Numbered from the stretch's first letter, positions 29,341 to 40,631 are shown. The stretch: 64,000 nt of DNA from an uncultured Desulfobacter sp. (GCA_963665095.1 OY762069.1:1952001-2016000); one strand, 5' to 3'. Program-made: numbers and translations. Notes: generated from the sequence alone by a model not told the origin.

Positions 29341-30300
29341 ATGGCAACACCTGTGCTCAAAGAGATCGACTCGGCTGAAATCGTTGTACTAACGGACAAT
29401 TACTCCGACCTGTTCCTGACCGATACACCCCAGGCAAAACGAATGCTTGCCCCACCCCCCCTTGCCCCGATGAGCGAACCGGGCTTGTCCATTCTTATCA
29501 AGACAACATCGGGAAAGGATTCGCACACTATACTCCTGGACACCGGCATATCCGGGACCTGCCTTCTGCATAACGCCCGGGTGTTGCCCAACAGCATCCC
29601 GGCAATGACAGGCGCGGTTAAGGCCCGGCTGGAAGACATTGAATCTATTGTTTTAAGCCACGGACATTTCGATCATTATGGCGGATTGATACCTCTCTTA
29701 GAAGAGACAAAAAAATCATTTCCGGTATATCTGCACCCGGATGCCTTTGTTCCCCGGCGAGTTGCCGTTACACCGGAGTTTGCTGTACCACTTCCGGCAA
29801 TGGATGAGGCAGCCGCCCGGAAAGCAGGCGCTGAATTTATTAAAAACAAAGGACCGGTCAGCGTGGCCGCCGATTCAGTTCTGCTGTCAGGAGAAGTGCA
29901 GCGCCAGGTGGATTTTGAACAGGGCATGCCCAATACCCAGGCTCAAATCAACGGGGAATGGGTGACGGATCCTTTTCTCGATGACCAGGGGCTGGCCATT
30001 CATATCAAAGGGAAAGGCCTTGTCATCATAGGCGGATGTTCCCATTCAGGGATCATCAACACCATAAAACATTTTCAGCAGATCACAGGCGTCACCGCCA
30101 TTCATGCGGTAATGGGCGGTTTCCATCTTGCCGGAGAAAATGAAAAAATCATTGATCCCACCATCCACGAGATGAAAACATTTAATCTGGATTTTATTAT
30201 CCCCATGCACTGTACCGGATGGAACGCCATTAACCAGTTCTCCAAAGAGATGCCGGACCAGTTTATTTTAAACGGCGTTGGGACAACGTACATTTTTTAA
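29341..30300 (+). CDS. MBL-fold metallo-hydrolase
   Basis: SHGHFDH, GCSH, GGFH, PMHCTG. Confidence 0.88.
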   Translation: MATPVLKEIDSAEIVVLTDNYSDLFLTDTPQAKRMLAPPPLAPMSEPGLSILIKTTSGKDSHTILLDTGISGTCLLHNARVLPNSIPAMTGAVKARLEDIESIVLSHGHFDHYGGLIPLLEETKKSFPVYLHPDAFVPRRVAVTPEFAVPLPAMDEAAARKAGAEFIKNKGPVSVAADSVLLSGEVQRQVDFEQGMPNTQAQINGEWVTDPFLDDQGLAIHIKGKGLVIIGGCSHSGIINTIKHFQQITGVTAIHAVMGGFHLAGENEKIIDPTIHEMKTFNLDFIIPMHCTGWNAINQFSKEMPDQFILNGVGTTYIF

Positions 30301-30399
30301 TTCATTTTTCCTCGAATTCGGGGGATATAATCCCTATCCCCCGAACTTATATTTGTTATGAAACATATTCATTCAGGGCAATCCTATGTAAAATAAAAT

Positions 30400-31472
30400 G
30401 TAACTATTCAGCAAAAAAAATGCATTTGATGTTATTTTTTCCTTGACAGGGGTTTTGGCGATAAATTTGAATTTTCGGTTTCATATACAAAACCCTTCAT
30501 TGGGGAGGGTTATAACGGATATCATTAGATCCACTGGTTTTTAGCCGACAGATGCATGGCCAGCCATATCCAAAATTTAAAAATGCGTTAAAACGCCTTT
30601 ATGTTCGAAAAAAATTACCTCAAAAACCTGTGTTATAATCTCTTCATTCAAATGACCCTGGCGTTTCCCCTGCTTTGAAAAGCACCATAGAGATGTTGCT
30701 GGTATTAATCATTCTTATGATGAATCAACTGGGCCTCAACAGTCGTAACAGCAGCAAACCTCCTTCAACAGACCCTAACCGGGACAAGAAAAAGAAACCA
30801 ACGGGAGACCGCAAAGTTGGAGGACAAAAAGGACATACCGGCACTACTCTGCAACAATTTGATTCCCCGGATTTTATTGAAGATATCCCTTTGGACAGAA
30901 AAACTCTGCCGGAAGGGATGTACAAAGATGCAGGGTTTGAATCCAGACAGGGTGTCGATATTGATATTTCACGGATAGTAACCGAATACAGGGCACAAAT
31001 TCTTGAAGATGCCAATGGGAAAAAGTTCACGGCTCCATTCCTTGAAGGAGTCACCCGCCCGGTGCAATATGGCCTTAATGTGAAAGTCCATTCAGTCTAT
31101 ATGTCACAGTACCAATTGGTTCCGTATAAACGGATTGAAGAAGATTTTCAGGATCAGGTAAAGATTCCTCATTTCAAGGGGGTTCTTTGCCATGATCATT
31201 GGAAACCATATTTCAAATTAGACTGCCAGCATGCCCTGTGTAATGCTCATCACCTCAGAGAACTGGAAAGAGCCTGGGAACAGGACAAACAATCATGGGC
31301 CTATCACCTATCAACTTGCAAAAAGCATGGAATAAGAGCAACCGAAGCGTTACGCTTATTGTTCCAAGGCAAACTGCCGGATTTTATAGCTGAGTGATTC
31401 TTTTGCTTGTCAAAAAGAAAAAAGATTGTATCCCATTAAGTAATCTTGATGTTCATTGAACTGAATAGTTAC
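30400..31472 (+). mobile_element. Internally deleted IS66 (ORF 30675-31397)
   Basis: IRs GTAACTATTCAG / CTGAATAGTTAC; NSRNSSKPPSTD, GGQKGH, HALCNAHHLREL; no matching target duplication. Confidence 0.85.
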
Positions 31473-31658
31473 AGTCTGCGATGGTTGAGGAAATTACTAC
31501 AATATCATTGGAGAGTTCCGATCCTGAATGATTTATCACAGACTGAAGACATTCATTAGTTTGACTGAATCAGCCTAAACATATAATATGAATCATGTCC
31601 ATCCACCTACAAGGCTGTTATCTCACCGGACTGAAATCGTAAATAACAACAAGGGGAG

Positions 31659-31952
31659 ATGAGTATGGCTATCAAAGTATTAATCAGGCGTAAAATGTCT
31701 CAGGCAGTCGAGCAGGAACTGTCAACCCTGCTCAGAGAACTCAGGGTGTTAACCACCGGCAGGAAGGGCTATATTTCAGGAGAGACCTTCTTTCGCTGTG
31801 ACCGGGAAGGGGAAAGTCTGGTGATCAGCACCTGGCAGTCGGCTGACGACTGGAGACAGTGGGTACTTTCCGGGGAACGTCAGGCACTACAGAAAAAAAT
31901 TGATACGCTCTTAGGCGAAGAGACAATCTATGAGATATATGAATACTCATAA
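31659..31952 (+). CDS. Antibiotic-biosynthesis-monooxygenase (ABM) domain protein
   Basis: GYISGET, VISTWQS.DDW; GGGGAG RBS. Confidence 0.75.
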   Translation: MSMAIKVLIRRKMSQAVEQELSTLLRELRVLTTGRKGYISGETFFRCDREGESLVISTWQSADDWRQWVLSGERQALQKKIDTLLGEETIYEIYEYS

Positions 31953-31958
31953 AAGCCC

Positions 31959-32065
31959 TATCTGCCCCGGAACTGGTCCGGATCAATGGCATACCGTTTC
32001 ATGATCTGCTGAAGGGCCTGGCGATCCATGGCACAGCGCCTGGCCGCCTGGGTGATATTTTCCCG
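31959..32065 (-). pseudogene. Fis-type HTH C-terminal remnant, probably of a sigma54 activator
   Basis: ENITQAARRCAMDRQALQQIMKRYAI. Confidence 0.55.
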
Positions 32066-32299
32066 AGTCATGGGGAGCATGGAATTCATGGAATTCTAAT
32101 TCGAATTCGGGAGTTCGGGGGACACCTTACTTAATTCCAACAAATGAAATGCTGTGGACGAGGCGCAGATTAAGGTGAATTTACCACCCCACTCCCCGAG
32201 CCGTTGAACAAACCATTTCACTTGGACAAGCCTGTGAACTCAACAACATTAGCTACGACAGGGATTACAAAACATTCACTCTCACTTACGGGAATACAG

Positions 32300-32437
32300 A
32301 TGCAAAAAAATACACTGATTGAAAAATACTTACCTGAATACACATTCAATGAATATCATGAAATCCTCGTGGATAGCCCGATTGAAAATGTGTATGAAAT
32401 TGCAAAGAATGTCGATCTGTCAAAATCAAAAATAATC
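32300..32437 (+). pseudogene. Hypothetical gene truncated by an IS66 end
   Basis: MQKNTLIEKYLPEYTFNEYH.. runs into GTAACTATTCAG at 32438. Confidence 0.5.
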
Positions 32438-32745
32438 GTAACTATTCAGCTCCCCTGAACAAGATTATACTATCTTGAGGTACCTCGGAATCACTCATGC
32501 AGAAATCCGGCAGGCGGCCTTCAAATAAAATCCGCAACGCCTCAATTGCTCTCATTCCATGTTTTTTTTACACGTTGACAGATAACTGCGAATTCGACAA
32601 AAAATTGCAGCGCCCTCTGTTGAACGAAAACAGCCGGATATTTTTTGCTGAATTTTGTCATCCTGATGTCGTTTTCGCCCAGGTTATTGGTAAAGGGGAC
32701 ATGCTCGTCATCCATAAAGCGGAGGGTTTCTGTTTAGTAATCAAG
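32438..32745 (-). mobile_element. IS66 3' remnant
   Basis: IR at 32438; [30 protein letters not shown] with frameshifts. Confidence 0.8.
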
Positions 32746-32968
32746 CCTTCCTTCTTCCACCTGGTAAGCAAGGATCTGTGAACTTCATATTTAGATGATA
32801 ACTCCGCTACTGTGTCCTGCTCTCGAATCATTTGAATTGCAACTTTAGCTTTGAACTTTCCGGTGTAGTTTTTCCTCATGAACCTCCTTTTTCGGTAAAA
32901 ATTTGAATCGGGCTTTTAGCACCTTATGTGTAGCTTAGCAACTGGTTCAAATTCTGGGGTCCATTATA
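32746..32968 (-). mobile_element. IS3 left-end/orfA remnant
   Basis: MRKNYTGKFKAKV and an end closely similar to 34201-34328. Confidence 0.85.
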
Positions 32969-33137
32969 ATGCTGGGAAGCAACCTGAGCGCCGTGGCTGG
33001 CGACGAAGACATGGGGGCAGTATACGTTTAATGTATGCTGTCCTTCCCCCATGTTTTTGTCCTTAATGCGTTAAATCCTCGCGCCTTAGCGCGAAATCAA
33101 TACCCCGTAGGGCCGCCGGAGGCATCAGGCCTTTCCT

Positions 33138-33960
33138 TTAAGCCGCTCGATAGACCGAAAACGGCACCTTATACCCCAGGGCTGAATGAAGTCTCTCCCG
33201 ATTATAAAACCCGATAAACGCTTTTAACGATTGCTGAGCCTCTCTTACCGTTCTGTAGTCCTTCAAATAGACTTCTTCGTATTTAATCGTTCTCCACAGC
33301 CGTTCCACAAAAACGTTGTCCAAGGCTCTGCCCTTTGAATCCATGCTGATTTTGATGTTTTTAGCCTGGAGTATCTTCAAAAATTTTAATGAAGTGAACT
33401 GACTACCCTGGTCAGTGTTGAAAATCTCAGGTGTCGATACAATCAATGCCTCCTCAAGGGCCTCAATACAAAATGTATTCTCAAGGGTGTTACTGAGGCG
33501 CCATGAAAGGACATATCTGCTAAACCAATCCATAACCGCCAATAAGTACATAAATCCGTTTCCAATTCTAATGTATGTGATATCTGTACTCCATACCTGA
33601 TCTGGCCTGTCAATTACGGCATTTTTCAGCAAATAGGGGTAAACTTTATGGCTTTCATCCCTCCTTGTTGTTTTAGGTCCTGGGTAAATCGCTTCTATTC
33701 TCATCAGCTTCATCAGGCGCTGTACTCGTTTCCTGCTTACCGGATACCCCATATTGTTCAGCCAGGCTGTAAGCCTACGGCTTCCATAAAAGGGGGTTTT
33801 GGTATGCTGCTCATCAAGCAGATCCATAAGGGTTAATGTATACGGGCTTATGGCTACCGGCCTGTAATACAACGCCCCTTTTGAAACCTGAAGCAGTTCA
33901 CACTGCCGGTTAATGCTGATGGAAGGATGTTGTTTATCTATCAACCCCCTTCTGTCAGAG
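33138..33960 (-). CDS. IS3 OrfB (DDE), likely expressed via -1 frameshift
   Basis: WSTDITY, FNTDQGSQF, DNVFVERLW. Confidence 0.9.
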
Positions 33961-34239
33961 ATTGATTGTATTAACCTTTTTTTTTAACCAGTCATTCTCA
34001 ACTTCGAGCTGACCGATTTTCTTATATAATTCGTCTATTAGATTCTGAGTATCATTTGGGCTTTTCTTTTTCGCTGATGAAAACAACGTCGGAAGACCCT
34101 CTATCGCTTCTTTCTTCCATCTGTTTAACATAGTTCGATGAACCTGGTATTTGGATGACAACTCCGCAAGAGTTTCATTTTCTCGAATCACATCAACTAC
34201 AACTTTAGCTTTGAACTTTCCGGTATAATTTTTTCTCAT
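33955..34239 (-). CDS. IS3 OrfA
   Basis: HTH, LYKKIGQLEVENDWLKKK ending on a slippery A-run. Confidence 0.9.
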   Translation of the reverse strand: MRKNYTGKFKAKVVVDVIRENETLAELSSKYQVHRTMLNRWKKEAIEGLPTLFSSAKKKSPNDTQNLIDELYKKIGQLEVENDWLKKKVNTINL

Positions 34240-34603
34240 GGACCTCCTTTTTCGGTACAAATTTGAACCGGGTTTTTATCACCTCATATGTACCTTAGCA
34301 ACTGGTTCAAATTTCGGGGTCCATTATATACACACTCCCAGTCCGCCCTATATCTGTTTCTGGTGTGTGTGGCCGACAGTCAAGGCATCAGCTACTATGG
34401 AGATAAGGCGATCATGGATCGGCTGTGCATGGATTCTGATGGCCTGAAGACAGCACGTTCCGGGTTAATACAGAATGGGCTGATTGCCTGGCAGAGACCT
34501 ATTTACCAGGTGCTTGCCCTTGACCCTGCTCCTGGTAAATCAAAACGGCACGGCTCCATGCTGCGTCTTTCAGATATTCTAAAAGCAGCAGCGGAGGGCA
34601 ACC

Positions 34604-36079
34604 ATGATTGATTACGAAACCTATGTTCAAATCAGAAATTACTTTACCCGAGACGGCCTGACATACAGCCAGATTGCCAATGCCCTTGATCTGGACCCCA
34701 GGACAGTTGCCAGGTGGGCCAACCTGAAAAGGTACCAGCCCAGACAGTCAGCCCCCAGAGAAAGCAAGCTTGATCCGTATAAGAACGCCATCCTGCATAT
34801 GCTTGAAAAACATCCCTACAGTTCCCGCCAGATATTTCAACGAATCACCCAGGATGGTTTTGCCGGGGGCATCACCATTGTTGAGGATTATGTCAGGAAG
34901 GTGCGGCCGCCCAAAACAAAGGCGTATTTGAAACTGAGTTTTGCTCCGGGTGAAGCTGCCCAGGTGGACTGGGGTTCTTATAGTACAGTAAGGGTGGGCA
35001 ACACGACCCGGCGGTTGAGCTTTTTTGTGATGGTGATGTGCCACAGCCGCATGATGTACGTTGAGTTCACGGTCTCCCAGACCATGGAGCATTTTTTAGG
35101 CTGCCACCAGAATGCATTTGAGTTTTTTGGAAAGGTGCCGGAAAAGGTCATGGTGGACAATCTCAAATCCGCTGTTCTAAAAAGACTGCTGGGGAAAGCC
35201 CCGGTCTTCAACCCCAGATACCTTGATTTTGCAGATTATTACGGATTTACAATTGTTCCCTGTAATGTGCGCAAGGGTAATGAAAAAGGCCGGGTTGAAA
35301 ATGCTGTGGGCTATGTCAAAAAGAATCTGCTCAACGGTCTTGAAATCCCTGATTTTAAGATCATGGAGCCCACCTGCAAACACTGGCTTGATACTGTCGC
35401 CAATGTCAGAACCCACGGAGAGACCGGTCAAAAGCCCGCAGAGATGTATGCCCTGGAATTGCCCCACCTATACCCTCTGCCGTCAGAACCCTATGATATC
35501 GGTGTGGTAAAGCAGGTACGGGCTTCAAGACAGTACAGGGTAGTCATCGATACAAATGCTTACACAGTACCCGCCCAGCTGGCAGGGGTGGCTTTGACTG
35601 CCAAGCTTTACCCTGATCGGATCTGCTTTTACCATGAAGACAAGTTGGTTGCCCGCCATGTCAGATCCTATGGCCGCAAAAACGACCTTGAAGATCCTGA
35701 TCACTCTAAAATCCTTTTGAGCCAGCGCAAAAAGGCCAGAGACCAGGCAATTTATATGCGTTTTTTAAGCATCTCTGACAAGGCCCGGGAGTATTACAGG
35801 CAATTGCAGAACAGGCGGCTTAACGCCTCCCATCATGTACGGCAAATCGTGGCCTTGAGTGAAATCTACTCCCGGGAACAAGTTGCCATGGCCATTGAAG
35901 ATGCCTTTAAGTTCTCTGCATTCTCATGTGAATACATCGCCAACCTCCTTGAGCAGCGGGTTCGGTCTCCCCAGGAGCCCGGAGCCCTGCATGTTACACA
36001 TAAAGCAGATTTACTGAACCTGACAATCCAGGAGCCTGATCTTAATATTTATACCGCCATAGGAGATAAAAATGCCTGA
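34604..36079 (+). CDS. istA: IS21 transposase
   Basis: PGEAAQVDW, VDNLKSAV, NEKGRVE. Confidence 0.93.
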   Translation: MIDYETYVQIRNYFTRDGLTYSQIANALDLDPRTVARWANLKRYQPRQSAPRESKLDPYKNAILHMLEKHPYSSRQIFQRITQDGFAGGITIVEDYVRKVRPPKTKAYLKLSFAPGEAAQVDWGSYSTVRVGNTTRRLSFFVMVMCHSRMMYVEFTVSQTMEHFLGCHQNAFEFFGKVPEKVMVDNLKSAVLKRLLGKAPVFNPRYLDFADYYGFTIVPCNVRKGNEKGRVENAVGYVKKNLLNGLEIPDFKIMEPTCKHWLDTVANVRTHGETGQKPAEMYALELPHLYPLPSEPYDIGVVKQVRASRQYRVVIDTNAYTVPAQLAGVALTAKLYPDRICFYHEDKLVARHVRSYGRKNDLEDPDHSKILLSQRKKARDQAIYMRFLSISDKAREYYRQLQNRRLNASHHVRQIVALSEIYSREQVAMAIEDAFKFSAFSCEYIANLLEQRVRSPQEPGALHVTHKADLLNLTIQEPDLNIYTAIGDKNA

Positions 36080-36806
36080 TCTTGAGAAATGCCTGTCCCA
36101 CTTAAAACTACCTTATATCAGGGAAAACTATGAGTCAGTGGCTACCCTGGCTGCCCAGAAGCAATGGAGCCACGTTCAATATCTATCAGAGCTTGCCAGG
36201 CATGAATCACTACTGCGCCATGATAAAACCATCCAGCGCCGTATCCGTATGGCCAAGTTCCCGGTAATCAAAACCCTGGACCAGTTCAACTGGTCATGGC
36301 CCAGAAAAATCAATCAGGCTCAGATCCAGAATCTGTTCAGACTCAAGTTCATTGAAGAAAAGGGTAACATTATCGTGATCGGCCCGGTCGGTGTTGGGAA
36401 AACACATATTGCGACTGCTTTAGGTTACCAGGCCTGCCTGAAAAACCATACGGTTCTGTTCTCTTCTGCCATTGATATCGTCAACAATCTGGTGGCAGCC
36501 CAGAAGGCGGGTCAGTTAAAGCAGGAACTGAGAAAATACCTCAAGCCAACTTTGTTGATCATGGATGAACTGGGCTACCTGCCCATTGACAAGATTGGGG
36601 CAGACCTGTTGTTCCAAATTATCAGTCAGCGCTATGAGCAAGGAGCCATCATAATAACCACAAACCGGGTGTTCAAAGATTGGCCGGAGATCTTCAACAA
36701 TGACATGACATTAACATCAGCTTTGCTGGACAGGCTTCTTCACCACACCGAGCCTGTGGTCATTGAGGGTAAGAGTTTTAGAATGAAAGATGTGACGGAA
36801 GAATAA
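36072..36806 (+). CDS. istB: IS21 helper ATPase
   Basis: GPVGVGKT, DELGYLP, ALLDRLLHH. Confidence 0.95.
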   Translation: MPDLEKCLSHLKLPYIRENYESVATLAAQKQWSHVQYLSELARHESLLRHDKTIQRRIRMAKFPVIKTLDQFNWSWPRKINQAQIQNLFRLKFIEEKGNIIVIGPVGVGKTHIATALGYQACLKNHTVLFSSAIDIVNNLVAAQKAGQLKQELRKYLKPTLLIMDELGYLPIDKIGADLLFQIISQRYEQGAIIITTNRVFKDWPEIFNNDMTLTSALLDRLLHHTEPVVIEGKSFRMKDVTEE

Positions 36807-37115
36807 CAAAGCCGAGGCCGGTCTACATGCATCTGGAGGCCGGCCCTTTAATCGCCTACATTTTTAAACCGGGAGATTTATGACATGTTCACGCCCCGCC
36901 TGACACTGATCTGTTTTTGTCTGGGACGCGGAGGGTGTTGATACCGTTGTGGGCCTTCTTAAAAAATCGTCGAAAAAGCATTTTATTGCAGAAAAGTGAA
37001 CATTACAGGTACTCCAGGCCAGCTTTCGTTCTTTGAGCAGATAAGGTTAAAATTCAGAAGAATGATGAAATATTATAATGAATAATGAAAGGTGTTTTTC
37101 TTGAATACCAGGTAG

Positions 37116-38348
37116 TTATGGTCTGTTTGCGGTTTTCCGCGAAGCGGTTTTGTTCAACAGTTGAATTGCATCAACCAGCTTCTGAGCTAAAATTTCTCTA
37201 TCGTATTTTTTCTCGGCCAGCCTTCTTGCATTACGCCCCATCAGGGCAAGCTCTTCAGGATTGTTTTTCAGCAGGTCCAATTTATGAATCAATTCAGAGG
37301 GGTCTTCCGGATCCACATAAATGCCGCAATGGTTATCTTCAACCATTGTTTTTGTCCAGCCGGCAGAATTAACGATAACGGGTTTACCAGCAGAAAGAGA
37401 ATCAAACAGTTTATTGGGAGAATTGGTTCGTAAAACAGGCAGATTCAGAAATGAAGTTATTGAGACATCGCAAAGGTTAACAATTTCCCGAACAATCTTC
37501 ATAGGGTGCTCGCCTAAGAATTGGACATTATTCAGATTATATGTCCTACAATACTCTTTTAGCTCTTTTTCGGTGTATCCTGACCCTAAAAATATGAAAT
37601 GGAACTCATTTAACTGATTATCCTGAGCATATTTCGCTGCTTGAACAATGTATCCCAGACCGTTCGCCAGCCCCATTGATCCAAAGTGAATAATATTAAA
37701 CCCGGTAAGGTTAATTTTGAAGGCCTTTGCAACCGCTTCATTTTTCTTATGGGGGAAAAATTCTTTAGGTTTTGACATATTGGGAATCAGGGTGATTTTA
37801 CTTCTTGAGACTTTCTGCCTCTCAATACCCGCCTTCATGCCTGGAGATAATGCAATAATATGAATGGCGTTTTTATAAATCAATTTTTCAAAGGCATATA
37901 AAATTTTCTCAAGCCACTTAAACGGCACAGCTCCCATCTGGACAGGAAAATCAGGCCATAAATCTCTGACTTCAAAAACAAATTTTTTTCTCTTAAACCA
38001 TTTTAAAAGCAAGGCTGGCATTCCGATGGTGAGCGGGGTAGATGTCGCAAATACAAGATCAATATCTTTTTGTTTAAAACTGCATACACACGACACTACC
38101 ATGAACTTAAGGTAAGAGGCGATACGGCCCAGTTTGCCCATCGTGTTAGCATAGGGAACTTCGATATATATGACTTTCAAATTATCTATTGTTGTCTCTT
38201 CAACCCTTTTTATTTCATTTTTGGGTCGTGAAGTCAGCATGATAACGTCATGCCCTGCAGCTAACATGGCCTGGGATAAATAATAAGAGCGCGTGCCACC
38301 AGCTTGAAAAGGCGTTTTAAAATATTGGTGTAAATATAAAATTTTCAT
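37116..38348 (-). CDS. Glycosyltransferase family 4 (WbuB-like)
   Basis: EVRDLWP, SPNKLFD..AGKPV. Confidence 0.88.
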   Translation of the reverse strand: MKILYLHQYFKTPFQAGGTRSYYLSQAMLAAGHDVIMLTSRPKNEIKRVEETTIDNLKVIYIEVPYANTMGKLGRIASYLKFMVVSCVCSFKQKDIDLVFATSTPLTIGMPALLLKWFKRKKFVFEVRDLWPDFPVQMGAVPFKWLEKILYAFEKLIYKNAIHIIALSPGMKAGIERQKVSRSKITLIPNMSKPKEFFPHKKNEAVAKAFKINLTGFNIIHFGSMGLANGLGYIVQAAKYAQDNQLNEFHFIFLGSGYTEKELKEYCRTYNLNNVQFLGEHPMKIVREIVNLCDVSITSFLNLPVLRTNSPNKLFDSLSAGKPVIVNSAGWTKTMVEDNHCGIYVDPEDPSELIHKLDLLKNNPEELALMGRNARRLAEKKYDREILAQKLVDAIQLLNKTASRKTANRP

Positions 38349-38450
38349 GATCTGTTTATCAGTTCAACCGCACCCTCCACGAGCGTGCAAAGGCTATTTT
38401 TACTACACCACTCTGCACCATTGGGAATGCAAATTGAATTTCAGATAACT

Positions 38451-39635
38451 TTATCTCACAGCAGTCGCCATGACAGCTTTTACCTGATCAATTACGTAAT
38501 CGATATTTTCCCTGGTGAGGGTCGGATGAACCTGAAACATCATGGAGGTGTCTCCCAAGAGGCGGGCATTGGGCAGGGTGTCTACCTGTCTGCCTGATGC
38601 CATAAGTCTGTGGGGATATTTGCTGAATGCACTTTCAAGGTAAATTTCAGGACAAATACCTGAGTTACAGGAGATACCTTTTTCACCCAGGGCATCCAGG
38701 ATCTCCGTGCTGCCCCATCCAGCCTTTAGCGCCTCAGGTTCAACAAAAACATAATATTTATAATAGGAATGGTATATGTAATCTGGCGGGATTGTCGTTC
38801 TAAGCCCCGGCACGGTTGAAAATGCCTCATTTAACAAATCAGCGTATTCATGACGTTGTTTCACCCACCTGTCCAGTTTTCTAAGCAGCACCCGTCCAAT
38901 AGCCGCCTGAATCTCAGTCATTCGGCAATTTGTTCCAAAACGTTTGACAAGCCACTTGAAGCTAGCGCCCGGGGTACTGCTAGCTGATTCTGTATACCCT
39001 TTGCCGTGATCTTTGAGGCTCCATACCAGATCTCGAATTTTATCATTATTGGTGACCAGCAATCCGCCCTCTCCACCAGTGGTCATAATTTTATCCTGGC
39101 AAAAAGAAAAAACGCCCATGTCTCCCATGCATCCCACTTTTATCCCTTTAAAGGACGCGCCATGGGCCTGGGCACAGTCTTCGATAAAAGCAATTCCATG
39201 ATGCCTGCATACAGCCTGTATCCGGTCAAGATCACAGGGCCAGCCAGCCAGATTGACAGCAATAACCGCCTTTGTCTTATCTGTAACGGCTGCATCAATG
39301 TTGGCTGCTGTTATATTCTGGCTGTCCAGGTCCACATCAACAAAAACCGGCACGGCACCTTTCAGGCAGACACAACTGACCGAGGCAATAAAAGATCTTG
39401 GGGTGACAATCACCTCGTCCCCAACCCCGACACCAAGTGCCTCTAAAGCAAGATCCAATGCCAGACTGCCGTTTGCCAGCGCCACTGCATACCGGCTGTC
39501 TGTATACCGGGCAAACTCATTTTCAAACAGGACAACTTCCTCTCCTGTCCACTGATTCACTTTACCGGTTTTTAAAACATCTACAACGGATTGAATTTCA
39601 TCTTCCTCAAAAACCGGCCACGGTGAAAATTCCAT
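38451..39635 (-). CDS. DegT/DnrJ/EryC1 sugar aminotransferase
   Basis: EDCAQAHG, SFCQDKIMTTGGEGG. Confidence 0.92.
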   Translation of the reverse strand: MEFSPWPVFEEDEIQSVVDVLKTGKVNQWTGEEVVLFENEFARYTDSRYAVALANGSLALDLALEALGVGVGDEVIVTPRSFIASVSCVCLKGAVPVFVDVDLDSQNITAANIDAAVTDKTKAVIAVNLAGWPCDLDRIQAVCRHHGIAFIEDCAQAHGASFKGIKVGCMGDMGVFSFCQDKIMTTGGEGGLLVTNNDKIRDLVWSLKDHGKGYTESASSTPGASFKWLVKRFGTNCRMTEIQAAIGRVLLRKLDRWVKQRHEYADLLNEAFSTVPGLRTTIPPDYIYHSYYKYYVFVEPEALKAGWGSTEILDALGEKGISCNSGICPEIYLESAFSKYPHRLMASGRQVDTLPNARLLGDTSMMFQVHPTLTRENIDYVIDQVKAVMATAVR

Positions 39636-39636
39636 A

Positions 39637-40038
39637 TTATTGCTCCAGATTTTTGATAATTTTCACAGGTGAGCCAAACGCCATGACATTATCGGGCAGA
39701 TCCCTGTTTATAAAGCTGTGGGCACCCACAACTGTGTTCTCCCCAATGGTGATACCAGGCACAATGGTTGAGTGGCTCCCGATACGACAATTTTTTTTTA
39801 ACACCACCTGTCCTTTTTTGCCATCAATGGTTGAAATAGAATAAATGGCGCAATGGGAACCGATTTGAACGTAATCTTCAATTCTGACTCCGCATTTTGC
39901 ATTGATGTATGAAAATGCGCCAATATCGGTCTTATAGCCCAGTTCAAAACCATCAATATGTTGAACTACCCAGTTATAGATAGTCGGCCTGCCATCAGTT
40001 ATTTCCGGGAATGTCCATTCAGTAAATCTGTGGTCCAT
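39637..40038 (-). CDS. Hexapeptide-repeat acyltransferase
   Basis: IGSHSTIVPGITIGENTVVGA, GSPVK. Confidence 0.85.
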   Translation of the reverse strand: MDHRFTEWTFPEITDGRPTIYNWVVQHIDGFELGYKTDIGAFSYINAKCGVRIEDYVQIGSHCAIYSISTIDGKKGQVVLKKNCRIGSHSTIVPGITIGENTVVGAHSFINRDLPDNVMAFGSPVKIIKNLEQ

Positions 40039-40631
40039 TATCCGCAATCTCCCATAAACTCTTCAGCAGTGGCATGGCCTTCCTGATGAATCCCGCTGGG
40101 TTTAGTCAGCCGGGCCAGGGTTAACCATAAAATTTTCAGATCCAAAAAAAAATTATGATGATCCACATACCACACATCCAGTTCAAATTTTTTCTGCCAT
40201 GACAGCAGATTTCTGCCGTTTACCTGTGCCCATCCCGTAATCCCCGGCCTTACATCATGCCGTTTGGCCTGTTCCGTTGTATAACGATCCAGATACTGCA
40301 TGAGCAACGGCCTTGGCCCTACAAGACTCATGTCTCCTTTAATCACATTAAAAAGCTCTGGCAGCTCATCCAGGCTTAACTTCCTGAGCAAATCTCCCAG
40401 CGGTGTCATCCGGTCGGCATCCGGAAGCAATCTACCGTTCAGATCCCTTTCATATGTCAGGGTTCTGAACTTATACATAACAAAGGGCTGCCCCTTTAAT
40501 CCGGGTCTTTTCTGACAAAAAAACACAGGATACCCCAGTTTTGTTTTTACCAGCACGCCTATGACAAAGACTGCCGGCAATAAAATAACACCTGCACAAA
40601 CTGCAATTGAAAAATCAAACAGCCTTTTCAT
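40038..40631 (-). CDS. Bacterial sugar transferase (PglC-like)
   Basis: KRLFD, SLDELP, MSLVGPRP, PGITGWAQ. Confidence 0.92.
   Translation of the reverse strand: MKRLFDFSIAVCAGVILLPAVFVIGVLVKTKLGYPVFFCQKRPGLKGQPFVMYKFRTLTYERDLNGRLLPDADRMTPLGDLLRKLSLDELPELFNVIKGDMSLVGPRPLLMQYLDRYTTEQAKRHDVRPGITGWAQVNGRNLLSWQKKFELDVWYVDHHNFFLDLKILWLTLARLTKPSGIHQEGHATAEEFMGDCG

Larger units (their letters stand above)
33033..34328 (-). mobile_element. IS3 family element
   Basis: orfA/orfB overlap with A-run; left end TATAATGGACCCC; right end approximate. Confidence 0.85.
34329..36905 (+). mobile_element. IS21 family element lacking its left end; truncated accessory ORF 34329-34611
   Basis: istA-istB; right end ...CCGCCTGACA; left side abuts IS3. 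Confidence 0.8.
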
